A DNA stretch of 64,000 bases from a virus (IMGVR_UViG_3300013947_000021:32001-96000), one strand, 5' to 3'. Shown: positions 1 through 10,963, counted from the stretch's first letter. The notes: generated by a model from the sequence alone, not told the origin. A program made the numbers and translations.

Positions 1-406
1 ATATTAATCCCATAGGTATTAATCTAATTATACAACCCCCAGCAATGCATTTTATACCAGCTCTTAGATATAAAATAAAATTGATAAAGTTATATAATCT
101 TATTAAATTAATTAATACATATTTTCGTTTATTATTTATAGAATCGAATTCTGTTAATATTTCATCGTCATCCTTTTCCATAACTTTATATTTATATCCA
201 TCCATAGCAAATAAATCATTACTAAATATGCATATAGGCATAAAGTTCATAAAATTAATTACTATAAATTTTGTATAAATTATTATAATTATTGATATTA
301 GCATTGTATATGCACTATTATCATTCCATTGGTATAAAGATTGACCAAAGAAATATAATGATAATAATGCAATAATCCAATGCCCTATTCTAGAAAATAT
401 ATACAT
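1..406 (-). pseudogene. Partial hydrophobic (membrane-like) hypothetical gene running off the window start, apparently frameshifted near its 5' end
   Basis: RBS GAGGTG and ATG at 406 give MYIFSRIGHWIIALLSLY..., which stops after 35 codons. A different frame is open from about 389 to position 1 (LDYCIIIIIFFGQSLYQW...LISIIIIIYTKFIVINF...). Confidence 0.4.
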
Positions 407-466
407 TAAGTCACCTCTCAAAATATATGGTAGGTAGAAACAAATCTACCTACCAAAATTAAGAAG

Positions 467-3038
467 TTATATTAAATTAATATAGAGAAGAACCTCCTCA
501 CATACTAATTCAGGAATAACTTCAATTGTTTGTCCATCAAGTTCACCTGTCGGATCTATAATCTGAAATTCAGAAGTAAGTATGCAAGCAATAATACTAA
601 GTATATATGTCTCAATTTTACTACTCTTATATTTATTTCTGATTTCTTCCCATAATGGTGAACTTTCTATTTTTGTTAATTCTTTTTTATTTACATTCTT
701 ACGACTTGCAAGTCTAACAACTTTGGCACTTATGATATAAGGCAACATCACCATACCAGTAGATTCCAAAATTCTCTTAGCTGCAATAATAAGTGTAACA
801 TAATCATCCAGATTGATAGAGTTAAGAGTATTACTATCTCCAAAATACTTAAGAAATAGATTAAATACCATATCTCTCTGGAAAGAATTTATTGTACATT
901 TTGCTCCATCTGATAATCTATGCTTATAGAATTGAATTTCTTCCTGAGAAAAAGGACCAAATTTAATTCTAATTTGATTCATAGCATCATCACATGCACA
1001 TTGATTTTGAACAAGTAAGCTCTCATCTGTACGGGATAAGAAGCTTTCATACTTATCAAACTCACTCGGGTGTTCACGTAGGTCGCTAATCTACGCAGTT
1101 CTCTTATGAACTTCTCTAGCTGTTAACTAGAAGGCCAGACTATATCTTCATCTTCAGCTCTACCTGCTTAGATGCATCCAATTTCGAACTTGCTTAAGCT
1201 CTAACGCTACTCGGTTACTCATAGAAGTTTTTCATTCTACTACCCTTTGGCTAGTCGTTGAACCTTTATAAATTATTTCTTTTTATTTTATATCTTCCAA
1301 CTGTTTTATATGTTTTTGCAAAATTATAGTTTTGAGATATATGCTTCCATGATTCTCCTCTACGAATTGCTGATATAAGAGAAGAAGCATCCGGAGAATT
1401 TATATTACATTCTTTTGCTATATCTGAATATGATTTTGTACCTTTATCTAAATACTCACATATTTTAATAGCTTGAGATTCTGTAATTACTGATTTTGGA
1501 GAATCTTTCCCAACACAAGCTAAACCAGTTTTTACAGCATGTCTATTATTATCTGCACTGCTAATCCATTCTAAATTAGTAAACATAGGATTGTGTTTAT
1601 TGCCATCTATATGATTTACTACTAATGTATGGTCACCTGAAACAAATAATAATGCAATTATTCTGTGTAATAAATATGATTTTGGTTTACCATTTGTATT
1701 CAATGATACAGATAAATATCCATCATCTCTATTACTCAAAGTAATATATCTATTTAATTTAGTATCAAATATTTTTCCAAAATTAGATGCATAATATCTA
1801 TTGGGATATATACCTGGTACTTCATTCTCCGTTATTTCCTTAAATACTTCTATAAATTCTATAGGTGAATACATAAATAATCACTCTTTTAAAATTAATA
1901 GAAGATATTAAAATAAAAAGAATATATTTATACTTGGCTGCTGATTAGACATTCTTATCTACTTAGAGTTTCCTCATATAGAATCTCATAACTTGTTTCT
2001 GACTTTCGTCTCCATATATAATATGGCATATGAGCTTTAGCCTTTCCCAGCAATTAAGGACGTTGCAACACAGTATTTCTACTATGCGGAACTAGTAAGT
2101 TAATTCAAATCCTCATCTCTCTTAGAAGATGAGAGGTTGCTATAATCGTACTCATATTCAATATCAGTTATTTGATATTCTGTGTTTCTTAATATACTCT
2201 TAAAATTAAGATGCACCAGATTACCATCATAACGATACTTAGGCATAATATTTATAAGAATATTATGCTTAGATTGAATTGCATGAATAGTTGTATTGAT
2301 ACCTCGAATATCCTGCATATCCCAAATGACCTGATTTCTTTTTTCTGATCTTAGGATATTAGATATTGCTGTTTCGTACAATTTAGAATCTATATCTACA
2401 TCATATCTCTTATTGAAAGTATCAAGTAAGATATCATATAATGATAATATAAATTCTGTTGAATTCTCTACTCTTCTTACGTACATAAAATGACACATAA
2501 GAGGAATCATGATATTCATGGTTACTGATATTTCCATCATTATCATACCATGTTTATCATTATATTGAAGATTCGGATTATTCTGAATTCTATAATTTAA
2601 ATTCAATGAATAATTATCTCTATTCATGAAGAAAATCTTATAGAATATAGGTCCATTCATAATATAATGATACATATCATTGAAGAATGCATCTCTATTA
2701 TATTCAGGAGCTATATCTATTAAGTATTTTATTCTAGAATAGATTATGAGAAGTTCATGATTTCTATCATAAAACTTTTCAAAGTAGTTAAGGTAGTGCG
2801 TAGTATGTTCTCTTGTATTTGGGTTATTATAAGACCGCTTTTCAGTCATTACAAATGTATCAAGTTCTGAATTTGGATTAGTGAATCCAAAATAACTAGA
2901 TACATCAAATGATATAGAACCTCTAGCTGTCTTAAATATTTTGTCTTCTTCCGCTGGCTCCCAAGTATCTACTGGTTGAAACTCCTCCTTCTTCCAAAAT
3001 ACCATTGGGTCTACTAGTTGGTTTTTGTTTTCATCCAC
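467..3038 (-). CDS. Intron-split gene (exon 1 3038-2103, exon 2 1066-467; 511 aa spliced); putative sigma-like promoter-specificity subunit of the non-virion RNA polymerase (AR9 gp226/phiKZ gp68-like)
   Basis: Removing the intron joins ...SSSKRDEDLN to SEFDKYESFLSRTDESLLVQNQCACDDA, in frame with the 171-aa ORF. GTG start with GGAGG RBS and an early-type promoter upstream. The spliced structure is seen directly; the functional call rests on size, context and recalled similarity only. Confidence 0.55.
1067..2102 (-). mobile_element. Group I self-splicing intron (IA2-like, 1036 nt) with internal HNH homing endonuclease
   Basis: Exon ends in U (AAT|TAA). P1: GAAU pairs with GUUC with a U.G at the splice site. 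P10: CUUACU pairs with 3' exon AGUGAG. Core elements P AAUUGCUGGGAA, Q AAUCAGCAG, R GUUCAACGACUA, S AAGAUAUAGUCU; P3 CGUCC/GGAUG; P7 GACUA/UAGUC; terminal omega-G at 1067. Confidence 0.95.
1266..1874 (-). CDS. Intron-encoded HNH homing endonuclease (NUMOD4/HNH, I-HmuI-like)
   Basis: YYASNFGKI...DGYLSVSL...YLLHRIIALLFV...VVNHIDGNKHNPMFTNLEW and a C-terminal HTH-like region. Lies between the Q and R elements of the intron. Confidence 0.92.
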   Translation of the reverse strand: MYSPIEFIEVFKEITENEVPGIYPNRYYASNFGKIFDTKLNRYITLSNRDDGYLSVSLNTNGKPKSYLLHRIIALLFVSGDHTLVVNHIDGNKHNPMFTNLEWISSADNNRHAVKTGLACVGKDSPKSVITESQAIKICEYLDKGTKSYSDIAKECNINSPDASSLISAIRRGESWKHISQNYNFAKTYKTVGRYKIKRNNL

Positions 3039-3063
3039 GATAGTTTTCCTCCATAGAAATATT

Positions 3064-3083
3064 TATTCAAAAATATAATATCT
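3064..3083 (-). promoter_or_regulatory. Putative early (virion RNAP) promoter AGATATTATATTTTTGAATA
   Basis: Near-identical intergenic copies at 10964-10983 (-) and 25171-25190 (+), each just upstream of an RBS. Confidence 0.6.
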
Positions 3084-3098
3084 GCTTCTATTATATTT

Positions 3099-3878
3099 TT
3101 ACTTCTTAGTAGCTTTACGAGTAGTCTTTACCGAACTAGTAGATTTGACTGATTTAGTCGATTTTACTAATCCTATTTTATTACTAGACTTACTTGTATT
3201 CTTTTGAGGATTGTCTTTCTTTAGTGCTTCTTTTCTTTCTTTTATTTCTTTCTTATGTTTTTCTGCTGCTTCTTTTTTACCTAATTCCTCTCTGAGAGCA
3301 ATCTTTTCATCAGTATGCATAATCTCTTTAAGGAAGTCTTTCTTATTATATTTACTTCCATAAGTTTTATACATATATTTTGCAAAAAGATTCTTCATCT
3401 TCATAAATAGATAAGCAAAATACAATATTTTGCTATACCCAGGAATTTGGTAAGGATTGGTTTGCTTTGGGTCTTCTTTCAAAGCTAATTTTGAAGACTT
3501 AACTTTCAAGTCTTCAAAGAATAGATCATTTTTCAAAAATACCCGTAAATAAGTAAATACAAATGCTGGGTCATTAGAGAAGAATTTTACATTATAATTC
3601 TCTAATGTAGGCTGTGAATGTACTGCAGCATCATCAGTATAAAACATTATTACAGCATCGTAATAAAAATTCTTAACACCTTCAGATGGTATTTTAATAT
3701 GTATATAGAATTTGTCATTATCATCATAATACATCTTAAAATTAATCTTTCCAGCTTCTCTTAAAAATAACTTATCAAATTTATCAGTATAAAGAGCTTT
3801 ATACATATCTCTTTGAGAAAATACGGCATTTCGTTTTCCCAAAGGGTTCTCAATATATTGCTTAAATGTCATCTCCAT
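3099..3878 (-). CDS. Hypothetical phage protein with Lys-rich C-terminal tail
   Basis: 259-aa ORF with RBS AGGAG; globular core (IKIPSE...YYDAVI...KFFSNDPAFVFTY) and a basic low-complexity tail. Confidence 0.7.
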   Translation of the reverse strand: MEMTFKQYIENPLGKRNAVFSQRDMYKALYTDKFDKLFLREAGKINFKMYYDDNDKFYIHIKIPSEGVKNFYYDAVIMFYTDDAAVHSQPTLENYNVKFFSNDPAFVFTYLRVFLKNDLFFEDLKVKSSKLALKEDPKQTNPYQIPGYSKILYFAYLFMKMKNLFAKYMYKTYGSKYNKKDFLKEIMHTDEKIALREELGKKEAAEKHKKEIKERKEALKKDNPQKNTSKSSNKIGLVKSTKSVKSTSSVKTTRKATKK

Positions 3879-3996
3879 AAATAAATATCTCCTATAAAAT
3901 AGATAATATTTTATGTTGCTTTATTTGTACTTTAATAAATAAGTTTTAGTAAAAATAAATTGTTACATTATATTGTAAAAGTTTACAAAAAAAAAA

Positions 3997-4027
3997 TAAT
4001 GAGAGTGGATAAATACCACTCTCATTA
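3997..4027 (-). terminator. Intrinsic terminator hairpin; same stem as 19596-19626
   Basis: TAATGAGAGTGG / CCACTCTCATTA followed by a long T tract on the minus strand. Confidence 0.8.
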
Positions 4028-4035
4028 AATTCTTT

Positions 4036-4773
4036 TTACCATATTCTAAATATTGAACCTGAAGCTGTCATGATTACACTTTTAATGGAACTCTTTGGAA
4101 TAATATTAAGAGTATTAAATCCATAATATGTAAGTTCATCACCAACTTTCTTAGGCACTATACCAGAATTATCTTGCATATAGCAAACCTCTCCAGATAC
4201 ACATGCATAGATATCTTTTTCTCCATTATATATAGAATCCCCAGATACTGCAGAATCTGCATCTACTCTAAATTCCATATCAGTAAGATTTATAGGCTTT
4301 TCTCTAGCATCTTCAGGTAAAGCAAATGTATTTTTATATATTGAAGAAAGACAAAAATTTCCAGGCTTATAAGATTTATTTGCTCCATAAAGTACATCAT
4401 AATCAAAGAGAAAATGATGCATATAGTTTAATTCTCCTCTAAGAACAAATGCTTCACCATATACTTCTGTTTTATTTGAAGAAATGAGTATTCTTCTTAC
4501 TAATGCTTTTTTGCATAACTCATCTTTAACTTCTTTAATTGTTTTTCCTTTTAATGCATCCAAATCAGATTGTTTAAGTATATCAAATTTACTAATAATT
4601 TTATTAATAATCTTAATATCAATAAACCCAGTACCTATTTTAGTAATATTGATAGCATTCAAAAGATTATCAAATGACTCAAAAGGAGTCTGAATTAAAT
4701 TTGACACGAATAATGCATTTCTATCCGGTATCATAATATTGTCATAATAAAGTATATTGCTATTTTGATTCAT
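4036..4773 (-). CDS. Hypothetical protein
   Basis: 245-aa ORF with AAGGAG RBS. Confidence 0.7.
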   Translation of the reverse strand: MNQNSNILYYDNIMIPDRNALFVSNLIQTPFESFDNLLNAINITKIGTGFIDIKIINKIISKFDILKQSDLDALKGKTIKEVKDELCKKALVRRILISSNKTEVYGEAFVLRGELNYMHHFLFDYDVLYGANKSYKPGNFCLSSIYKNTFALPEDAREKPINLTDMEFRVDADSAVSGDSIYNGEKDIYACVSGEVCYMQDNSGIVPKKVGDELTYYGFNTLNIIPKSSIKSVIMTASGSIFRIW

Positions 4774-4793
4774 AATTTATTCTCCTTTAAATC

Positions 4794-5168
4794 TTACCTT
4801 GACATATTAAGAGTATCAATATAAGTTTTTAGTATATTTATTTGAGTATTTATGATATTTGTATATAATATAATATCATTATAGTCTATCCCTATATATG
4901 GATTAGTAAGATTAATAAGTAAAATAGAATAGTCCTTTATTATATATCTATACATCGTAGCAGCATTATTAGTTCTATATCCTAATTTAAGAAAATCGCT
5001 ACTAAGTAATATTTCTTCAGTTGCACCGTTTAAAAAATTTATTAATGAAAAATATTTATTTCTATAGATGGATACATCATTATTCATATCATCAGATAGC
5101 TTTTTGCATTTCTCTATAATAAATTCAATATCTTTCTTAATATTATCCGGCTCAATATACTTATCCAT
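4794..5168 (-). CDS. Hypothetical protein
   Basis: 124-aa ORF with AAGGAG RBS. Confidence 0.65.
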   Translation of the reverse strand: MDKYIEPDNIKKDIEFIIEKCKKLSDDMNNDVSIYRNKYFSLINFLNGATEEILLSSDFLKLGYRTNNAATMYRYIIKDYSILLINLTNPYIGIDYNDIILYTNIINTQINILKTYIDTLNMSR

Positions 5169-5194
5169 AATAATTACTCCTTTTATATTATTTA

Positions 5195-5587
5195 TTAATA
5201 TTTTGAATTTTGATTTCGCAAAGAATTAACCAAATTTAATTTTAAATCTATTATTTTAATAAACATCATTCTATCTTCATTATTTATAGGCATAAGCGGA
5301 TCCATAAATAATTTTGAAATATAATTATATGCCTTAGCAATTCTAAATTGTTGAAATTTTAATAATCCGTAATCATCTTCTTCTACAAGATTATCAACTA
5401 TATTATTCAATGTATCTAATAATTCTACTGGAAATACTCTTATATAATCCAATATATTATCTTTATTTGGCATTGATTTCTTAAGATCTAAATCATTTTT
5501 AGTTTTATAAAATTTATCCACTTCATCTTTAATATAGCAATCTATAGTACTATAATAAACTGATGAAGGTTTATAGTTTTTTATCAT
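5195..5587 (-). CDS. Hypothetical protein
   Basis: 130-aa ORF with AAGGAG RBS; weak C-terminal resemblance to 4794-5168. Confidence 0.65.
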   Translation of the reverse strand: MIKNYKPSSVYYSTIDCYIKDEVDKFYKTKNDLDLKKSMPNKDNILDYIRVFPVELLDTLNNIVDNLVEEDDYGLLKFQQFRIAKAYNYISKLFMDPLMPINNEDRMMFIKIIDLKLNLVNSLRNQNSKY

Positions 5588-5603
5588 AATTAATCTCCTT
5601 TTA

Positions 5604-5903
5604 TTAATTATTTATAAACTCTTTATCTTTTATAAGACAATAGTAAAGACTATTATCTATAGTAGATAAATGAGTTAATAAATTACCATTTATAGTAATT
5701 CTATATGTTTTTGAATCATCTGGTGCTTCATTTCGTATTAGTTGTCTTATTTCTTCTGAAGTATATCTATGACCTTTATAGTGCTTATATACATCCATAG
5801 TATTTATATCATATTGAATACATTTACCAGTAATAATATTATCATCAATATTTTCACTAGTATGAAAGAAATCTATGCTTGGACTATAAATAGGTCTACC
5901 CAT
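5604..5903 (-). CDS. Hypothetical protein
   Basis: 99-aa ORF with AGGAG RBS; late motif AACA-AATTGA-TA at 5930-5941. Confidence 0.65.
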   Translation of the reverse strand: MGRPIYSPSIDFFHTSENIDDNIITGKCIQYDINTMDVYKHYKGHRYTSEEIRQLIRNEAPDDSKTYRITINGNLLTHLSTIDNSLYYCLIKDKEFINN

Positions 5904-5956
5904 GATTATTTCTCCTATGTAATTATTTTTATCAATTTGTTTTAGAATAAATAAAA

Positions 5957-5989
5957 AATAATACTGAGGTGATTAACCTCAGTATTATT
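5957..5989 (-). terminator. Intrinsic terminator hairpin
   Basis: AATAATACTGAGGT / ACCTCAGTATTATT with a downstream T tract on the minus strand. Confidence 0.75.
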
Positions 5990-6020
5990 AATTTAGTCTT
6001 TTGAATTCATTTTCTTTAAA

Positions 6021-6632
6021 TTATTTGGTATCAACAATGCTAAACATTGTCTGTATATTAGATAATTTATAATCATTTAATGTAGTCATATATTTATAGA
6101 TTTCATTAAATGATATATTACCTTTTACAAGGGTTAAAATTGTTGGATCATTATATGATGAAGTATTAGTACAACTAATATCAAGATTCCTATCTTTATT
6201 TGATGGAATAAATAAATCTATATTAGGAGTATTGCTTTCAGGATTAGTCATATATATTACTATATTTATTTTGACTTTTTTATCATCATATAAAAAGGCC
6301 ATAGCAACAAAATTATATATTTTATCATTACGATCTTTAGGTTCTATTATAAATCCACAGCTATTTACATAGTAATTGTCAAATCGTTCATGTAATTCAA
6401 CTTTAGAAGTTGTATTATATCTATTAGCTACATCCTTAATATAATTATTAATATATTCATAAAGTTCAGATATTTCTTTAAAAGTATTATATGAATCTTT
6501 TATATTGTTGAAAATAGCAGTATCTGTAGGTATAAATTGATGCATAAGATTTAAGAATCCTATTACATCAGATTTTATTATTCCATCATTAGAATTTCTT
6601 GTAAATAAACAATTAATAGTATTTTTTAACAT
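6021..6632 (-). CDS. Hypothetical protein
   Basis: Start moved to MLKN at 6632, downstream of an AGGGAG RBS; overlaps the stop of the upstream gene. Confidence 0.65.
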   Translation of the reverse strand: MLKNTINCLFTRNSNDGIIKSDVIGFLNLMHQFIPTDTAIFNNIKDSYNTFKEISELYEYINNYIKDVANRYNTTSKVELHERFDNYYVNSCGFIIEPKDRNDKIYNFVAMAFLYDDKKVKINIVIYMTNPESNTPNIDLFIPSNKDRNLDISCTNTSSYNDPTILTLVKGNISFNEIYKYMTTLNDYKLSNIQTMFSIVDTK

Positions 6633-7404
6633 TGTATTTTTCTCCCTTTGAATATGCATAATTATTTGGGCTATATGATAAAACTCTAAAATTATCCAAT
6701 TTATATCTTTTTGATTTATTCAAAGATAAATCAACATCTACTATATCATCTACACAACGTATTACATCTTTTATAGATATAATTTTATTATCATATAATG
6801 ATAAAAATTTCAGATTTTCATTACCTAATACATCTTTAGTATTAAGCATAATTGAATCTATCCCATTATTATTAATAGAATTATCAATATCATGAGTATT
6901 TGATAGTACACTAATTGATATTGAACTTGTAGAAATGTAGCTATCCATATCTATATTATTCATAAAATCGATTCTAAGATCAAGATATGGATCACGACCT
7001 CTATAATCACATACATCAAAATAAGATATATTATAAGGAGTATCCAATTTTAATTTCTTTATAGTAACAGAGATATTATATTCATTATTATTCATGCCCC
7101 ACATATAATCATAATCATTATCGTCTAAATAATTGCTAGATACATAAAAGTTGTATTTATTATTTGTATCAAATACTTTTGCATCTTCTATATTAAATGC
7201 TTTTGATAATAATTTAAAATTATATTTATAATTTATCTCATTATCAATAGACATTTTTTCTACAAATGGATCAGGCTTATTAGTTATTAATTTTAGAACT
7301 TTATAAAATCCTAAAATATTAAAATTCATCCAATCACTTATTCTTCTGCTATCAGTATCGTAGCAAAAATTATTATATACTGCATTAATCTGAATATTAT
7401 TCAT
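6613..7404 (-). CDS. Hypothetical protein
   Basis: 263-aa ORF translationally coupled to its neighbours. Confidence 0.65.
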   Translation of the reverse strand: MNNIQINAVYNNFCYDTDSRRISDWMNFNILGFYKVLKLITNKPDPFVEKMSIDNEINYKYNFKLLSKAFNIEDAKVFDTNNKYNFYVSSNYLDDNDYDYMWGMNNNEYNISVTIKKLKLDTPYNISYFDVCDYRGRDPYLDLRIDFMNNIDMDSYISTSSISISVLSNTHDIDNSINNNGIDSIMLNTKDVLGNENLKFLSLYDNKIISIKDVIRCVDDIVDVDLSLNKSKRYKLDNFRVLSYSPNNYAYSKGEKYNVKKYY

Positions 7405-8065
7405 TATTATTTTCCTTTATCATATTTTTAAATAATTCTAAATTTGTATTACGATATCTATTAATTCCTTCTTTATCTATATTAGCTTTTATATTAAATT
7501 CTTTAAGTTCAAAATTTGTATACCCATATTTTGAATTATATTTAATATTACCATCTATTAGATATAGAATAGAATCAAAACTTGAAGCAAGCTTTTTATT
7601 AATCAAGCAGGTATTAATAAATTCTGCAAAATTATCAATAGAATTTATAATACTTGATATATTATTATCTTTTTCTTGCTCATATAACCGTATAGTTATT
7701 CCTTCATTTATTGAAAATTTATTAGTATTATCATTCATTGATGAAAAATCAATCGAGAATTCTATTTGCATATATCTTCCAGGATGAGTATTTGATTTGA
7801 TAAATACTATGACTTCATCCATAGCAAAATATTTAATAGATATATTATTATCAGTCTCTTTTAAAATATTTTGAATATCTTCTATAATATTCATAAAATC
7901 AGATTCATATCGAATATCTGATTTAGATAATTTAGTTAAAGATTCGTCAATAGAATAAAAGTCGTTTATAATATCTATTATAATATTTTTAAAATTATTA
8001 TAATAATTAAGCGATGTCTTTGAAGAATCTACCCCTGTATAATTATAAATTGCCTCAGCATACAT
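7397..8065 (-). CDS. Hypothetical protein
   Basis: 222-aa ORF with AGGGG RBS. Confidence 0.65.
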   Translation of the reverse strand: MYAEAIYNYTGVDSSKTSLNYYNNFKNIIIDIINDFYSIDESLTKLSKSDIRYESDFMNIIEDIQNILKETDNNISIKYFAMDEVIVFIKSNTHPGRYMQIEFSIDFSSMNDNTNKFSINEGITIRLYEQEKDNNISSIINSIDNFAEFINTCLINKKLASSFDSILYLIDGNIKYNSKYGYTNFELKEFNIKANIDKEGINRYRNTNLELFKNMIKENNNE

Positions 8066-8079
8066 ATTTAAATATCCCC

Positions 8080-8787
8080 TTATATAATTTTATAATTGCA
8101 ACAGTAATCGAACGTTTCTATATTAAATTTTTCTTTAAATAATTCTAATGGATAATTAAAAAATTCTTCTAGTGATTTAATATCACTAGATTTTTCTATT
8201 TTTGCAATTCTTTTAAATAATCTTTTATCGTGCAGCATTGCATCTATTATATTAGGCATTTTAAAAGTATTTTGATTAATATTTATATATTTATCATAAT
8301 CTTTTATAATATTTTTAATAGCATTTGTTCTTTGATAAATTTCACTCTTTAAGCACATATAAATATGATCATTAATGAAATCCACTTCTATAGAAATTAT
8401 ATATACACCATATTTATATTTGATATGAATATGATCAGGTCTATAAGAATCTACAGACTTTGGTTTATTTGTATACCATTCTATATTTATTCCATATTTT
8501 TTAGAATAATTATTAATAATAACTTCATCAGTTAAATATTTAGTAATAAGATCTATTTCATGCTCAGATGCATATTTATTCATTCTAAATAGATTTGTCT
8601 TTTCATCTAGATCATCTATTAATTTATCTAATGAAGTATTTGAATAATGTATTGCAAAAACTTGACTCATAATATTTATAAGATTATAAATTGCAGATTT
8701 TACTTTATACTTATTTAAATAAGCATCATCTTTATTTTTAAAATCATTTAATGATACTCTATAAACCTTTTCGATATATGCAAACAT
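8080..8787 (-). CDS. Hypothetical protein, tandem paralog family member 1
   Basis: Shares LIDDLDEKTNLF and AMLHDKRLFKR...LEEFFNYP motifs with its neighbours. Confidence 0.75.
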   Translation of the reverse strand: MFAYIEKVYRVSLNDFKNKDDAYLNKYKVKSAIYNLINIMSQVFAIHYSNTSLDKLIDDLDEKTNLFRMNKYASEHEIDLITKYLTDEVIINNYSKKYGINIEWYTNKPKSVDSYRPDHIHIKYKYGVYIISIEVDFINDHIYMCLKSEIYQRTNAIKNIIKDYDKYININQNTFKMPNIIDAMLHDKRLFKRIAKIEKSSDIKSLEEFFNYPLELFKEKFNIETFDYCCNYKII

Positions 8788-8844
8788 TTTTTATTTCTCC
8801 TTTTATTTATAATTTTTAGAGAGGTATTATAATACCTCTCTATA

Positions 8845-9564
8845 CTATTGTTTCAAGCAGTCTTTATCATAATAACAAGTATCAAATGTATTCACAATAA
8901 ATTTATCACTAAACGCATTATATGCAAAATTTAAATATTCATCCATTGTCTTAATCATACTATTATTTTTTATACTTTTAACTCGCCTAAATAGTCTTTC
9001 ATCATAAAGCATTGCATTTATAATAGGATGATGCTTCTCTCCAGGATGATCAACACTTATATCATAGCAATCACTCATAGCATTCTTAATTTCTTTTGAT
9101 CTTCTATAAACATCATTCTTTATACGCATATAAATATGATCTTTAAAGAAATCTATTATTATAAAAATTGTGTATGAACTATAATTATACTGAATTGAAA
9201 CAAATCCAAGCCTATCAGAGTTTGTATAAGGTAATTTATTTACATTCCATTCTATAGCTGTGCTAAAGCATTTAGAATAGCTATTCATAATAATTTCTCT
9301 ATCTAGAAATTCTCCAATAATATTTATCGGATTTTCTGATACAGATTCATTTGCTCCAAATAAATCAGTTTTTTCATCTAATTCATCTATCAATCTATTT
9401 AATGAATTAGTCGGACGATGTATTGGAAAAAGTTGACCTAAAATTTTTATAAGTCTACTAATTGAAAATTCTACATTGTATTTACTAAAATAAGTATCTT
9501 TCTTATTTTTAAATTCATTTGTCCTAATCCTGTAATTCCTTTCAACACTTACAATTACATTCAT
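8845..9564 (-). CDS. Hypothetical protein, tandem paralog family member 2
   Basis: Start MNVIV at 9564 after AAGGAG; motifs LIDELDEKTDLF and AMLYDERLFRR. Confidence 0.75.
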   Translation of the reverse strand: MNVIVSVERNYRIRTNEFKNKKDTYFSKYNVEFSISRLIKILGQLFPIHRPTNSLNRLIDELDEKTDLFGANESVSENPINIIGEFLDREIIMNSYSKCFSTAIEWNVNKLPYTNSDRLGFVSIQYNYSSYTIFIIIDFFKDHIYMRIKNDVYRRSKEIKNAMSDCYDISVDHPGEKHHPIINAMLYDERLFRRVKSIKNNSMIKTMDEYLNFAYNAFSDKFIVNTFDTCYYDKDCLKQ

Positions 9565-9583
9565 TTTTATTCTCCTTTGGATA

Positions 9584-10292
9584 TTAATTTCCATAAAGAT
9601 GCTTTCTTTGATATTTAATAGTATCAAAACTATCTATACCATAATTCCATTTATATTTAAATAAATTAATTGGATAATCTAAGAACTCTTCAAATGAACT
9701 AGTTTTTGAATTCTTCATTATATTTGATGGCCTTTTAAATAATCTTTCATCTGAGAACATTGCTTCTATTATATTACCATTTTCAGATTCATCTATTGCA
9801 GAAGCAATAGATTTATTTATTTTTAAAACCTCATTACTTATTGTAACAACAATTTCTGTAGCAAGAAATTGAATTGACATAATGATATTAAATCCTGCAG
9901 CTTTATATTTGATACAAATAATATCTAAACCAGAATTTTGGCCATTATATCCATTAGACTCTTTATTACAAAAAAATAGGCTTCCATCTAAATATTACAT
10001 CATAATGATTATCAAGATTGGATGTAATTGTAGATATGAATTCATAAATAATATTTGATCTAGAATTAAATTCTTCATTTCTATTAGTAAACAAAGATGT
10101 TTCAGAATCTAATCTAAATATTAATGTATTTACTAAATTTTCCTTTTGATTAATTGGAATAATTTGTGATGCAGTATCTACTAATATATTTACTACATCT
10201 TTTACATTTTCTTTACAATAATAATTCCCACTACTAAGAGTAGTGAGCATAGCTTTAGGAATATGATAAGCCCTTTCAATATTTGCGATCAT
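9584..10292 (-). pseudogene. Tandem paralog family member 3, split by an extra base in a T7 run (9970-9976)
   Basis: Deleting one T joins the 108-aa and 98-aa ORFs (…WKPIF-CNKESNGYNGQNSGLDIICIKYKAAGFNII-MSIQF…) into 235 aa, the same length as paralog 1; contains AMFSDERLFKR. Confidence 0.75.
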
Positions 10293-10305
10293 TGTATATT
10301 TCTCC

Positions 10306-10923
10306 TTATTTATTATTTACTATCTTAAATTCAGTTGTAGTATAAAAATCATAATTAGAAAGAAGATTATTGGTATAATTAACCAGGCTCTGATAATTCT
10401 GTGTTTCACTATATTTTTTAATCTCTCTATCTATTTTAAAACAATTCTTATTCATTTTTAATTGTTTTAATACTTCATAATCTACAAAATGTTTATTTTC
10501 ATCGGTGCATTTATAATTGACAAGTTCAATAAAGATTTTTCCATTTTCATATAAAATTGATATAGATGCTGTACCTAACGTATTGAATTTAATATAAATA
10601 TTATTATCTGGATTAGTATATATTGTCATTCTTTTATAACTATTATCATCTGTACAAAGTAAATTTCTCATATACTTAATAATTGTATCGCATATAATAT
10701 TACGATATTTTTTGTAATTCACTGCAAAATTATTCGTATTCTTTTCGATACAATTTATCATATTATCAAGGTCAGATTCGATAAATTTAATTGGAGTTAT
10801 ATTTGATGCTATTGATATAATTTTATATATCAAGTCCTTCAATCGATCCTTATCAAAATGCTGAGGATCCATCATGATTTTAGTTACGGGCATAACCTTT
10901 TCTGTTTTTAAAATTGCGTACAT
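10306..10923 (-). CDS. Hypothetical protein, divergent member of the tandem paralog family
   Basis: 205 aa with similar spacing (IISIASNITPI...LDNMINCIEKNTNNF); first gene after the early promoter at 10964-10983. Confidence 0.65.
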   Translation of the reverse strand: MYAILKTEKVMPVTKIMMDPQHFDKDRLKDLIYKIISIASNITPIKFIESDLDNMINCIEKNTNNFAVNYKKYRNIICDTIIKYMRNLLCTDDNSYKRMTIYTNPDNNIYIKFNTLGTASISILYENGKIFIELVNYKCTDENKHFVDYEVLKQLKMNKNCFKIDREIKKYSETQNYQSLVNYTNNLLSNYDFYTTTEFKIVNNK

Positions 10924-10963
10924 ATTTTTATTTCTCCTTTTATTTAGCTATTTTATAATAGCT

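Noticed and set aside
45-278. 77-aa plus-strand ORF
   Set aside because: No RBS; antisense to a longer minus-strand frame that follows the local gene orientation.
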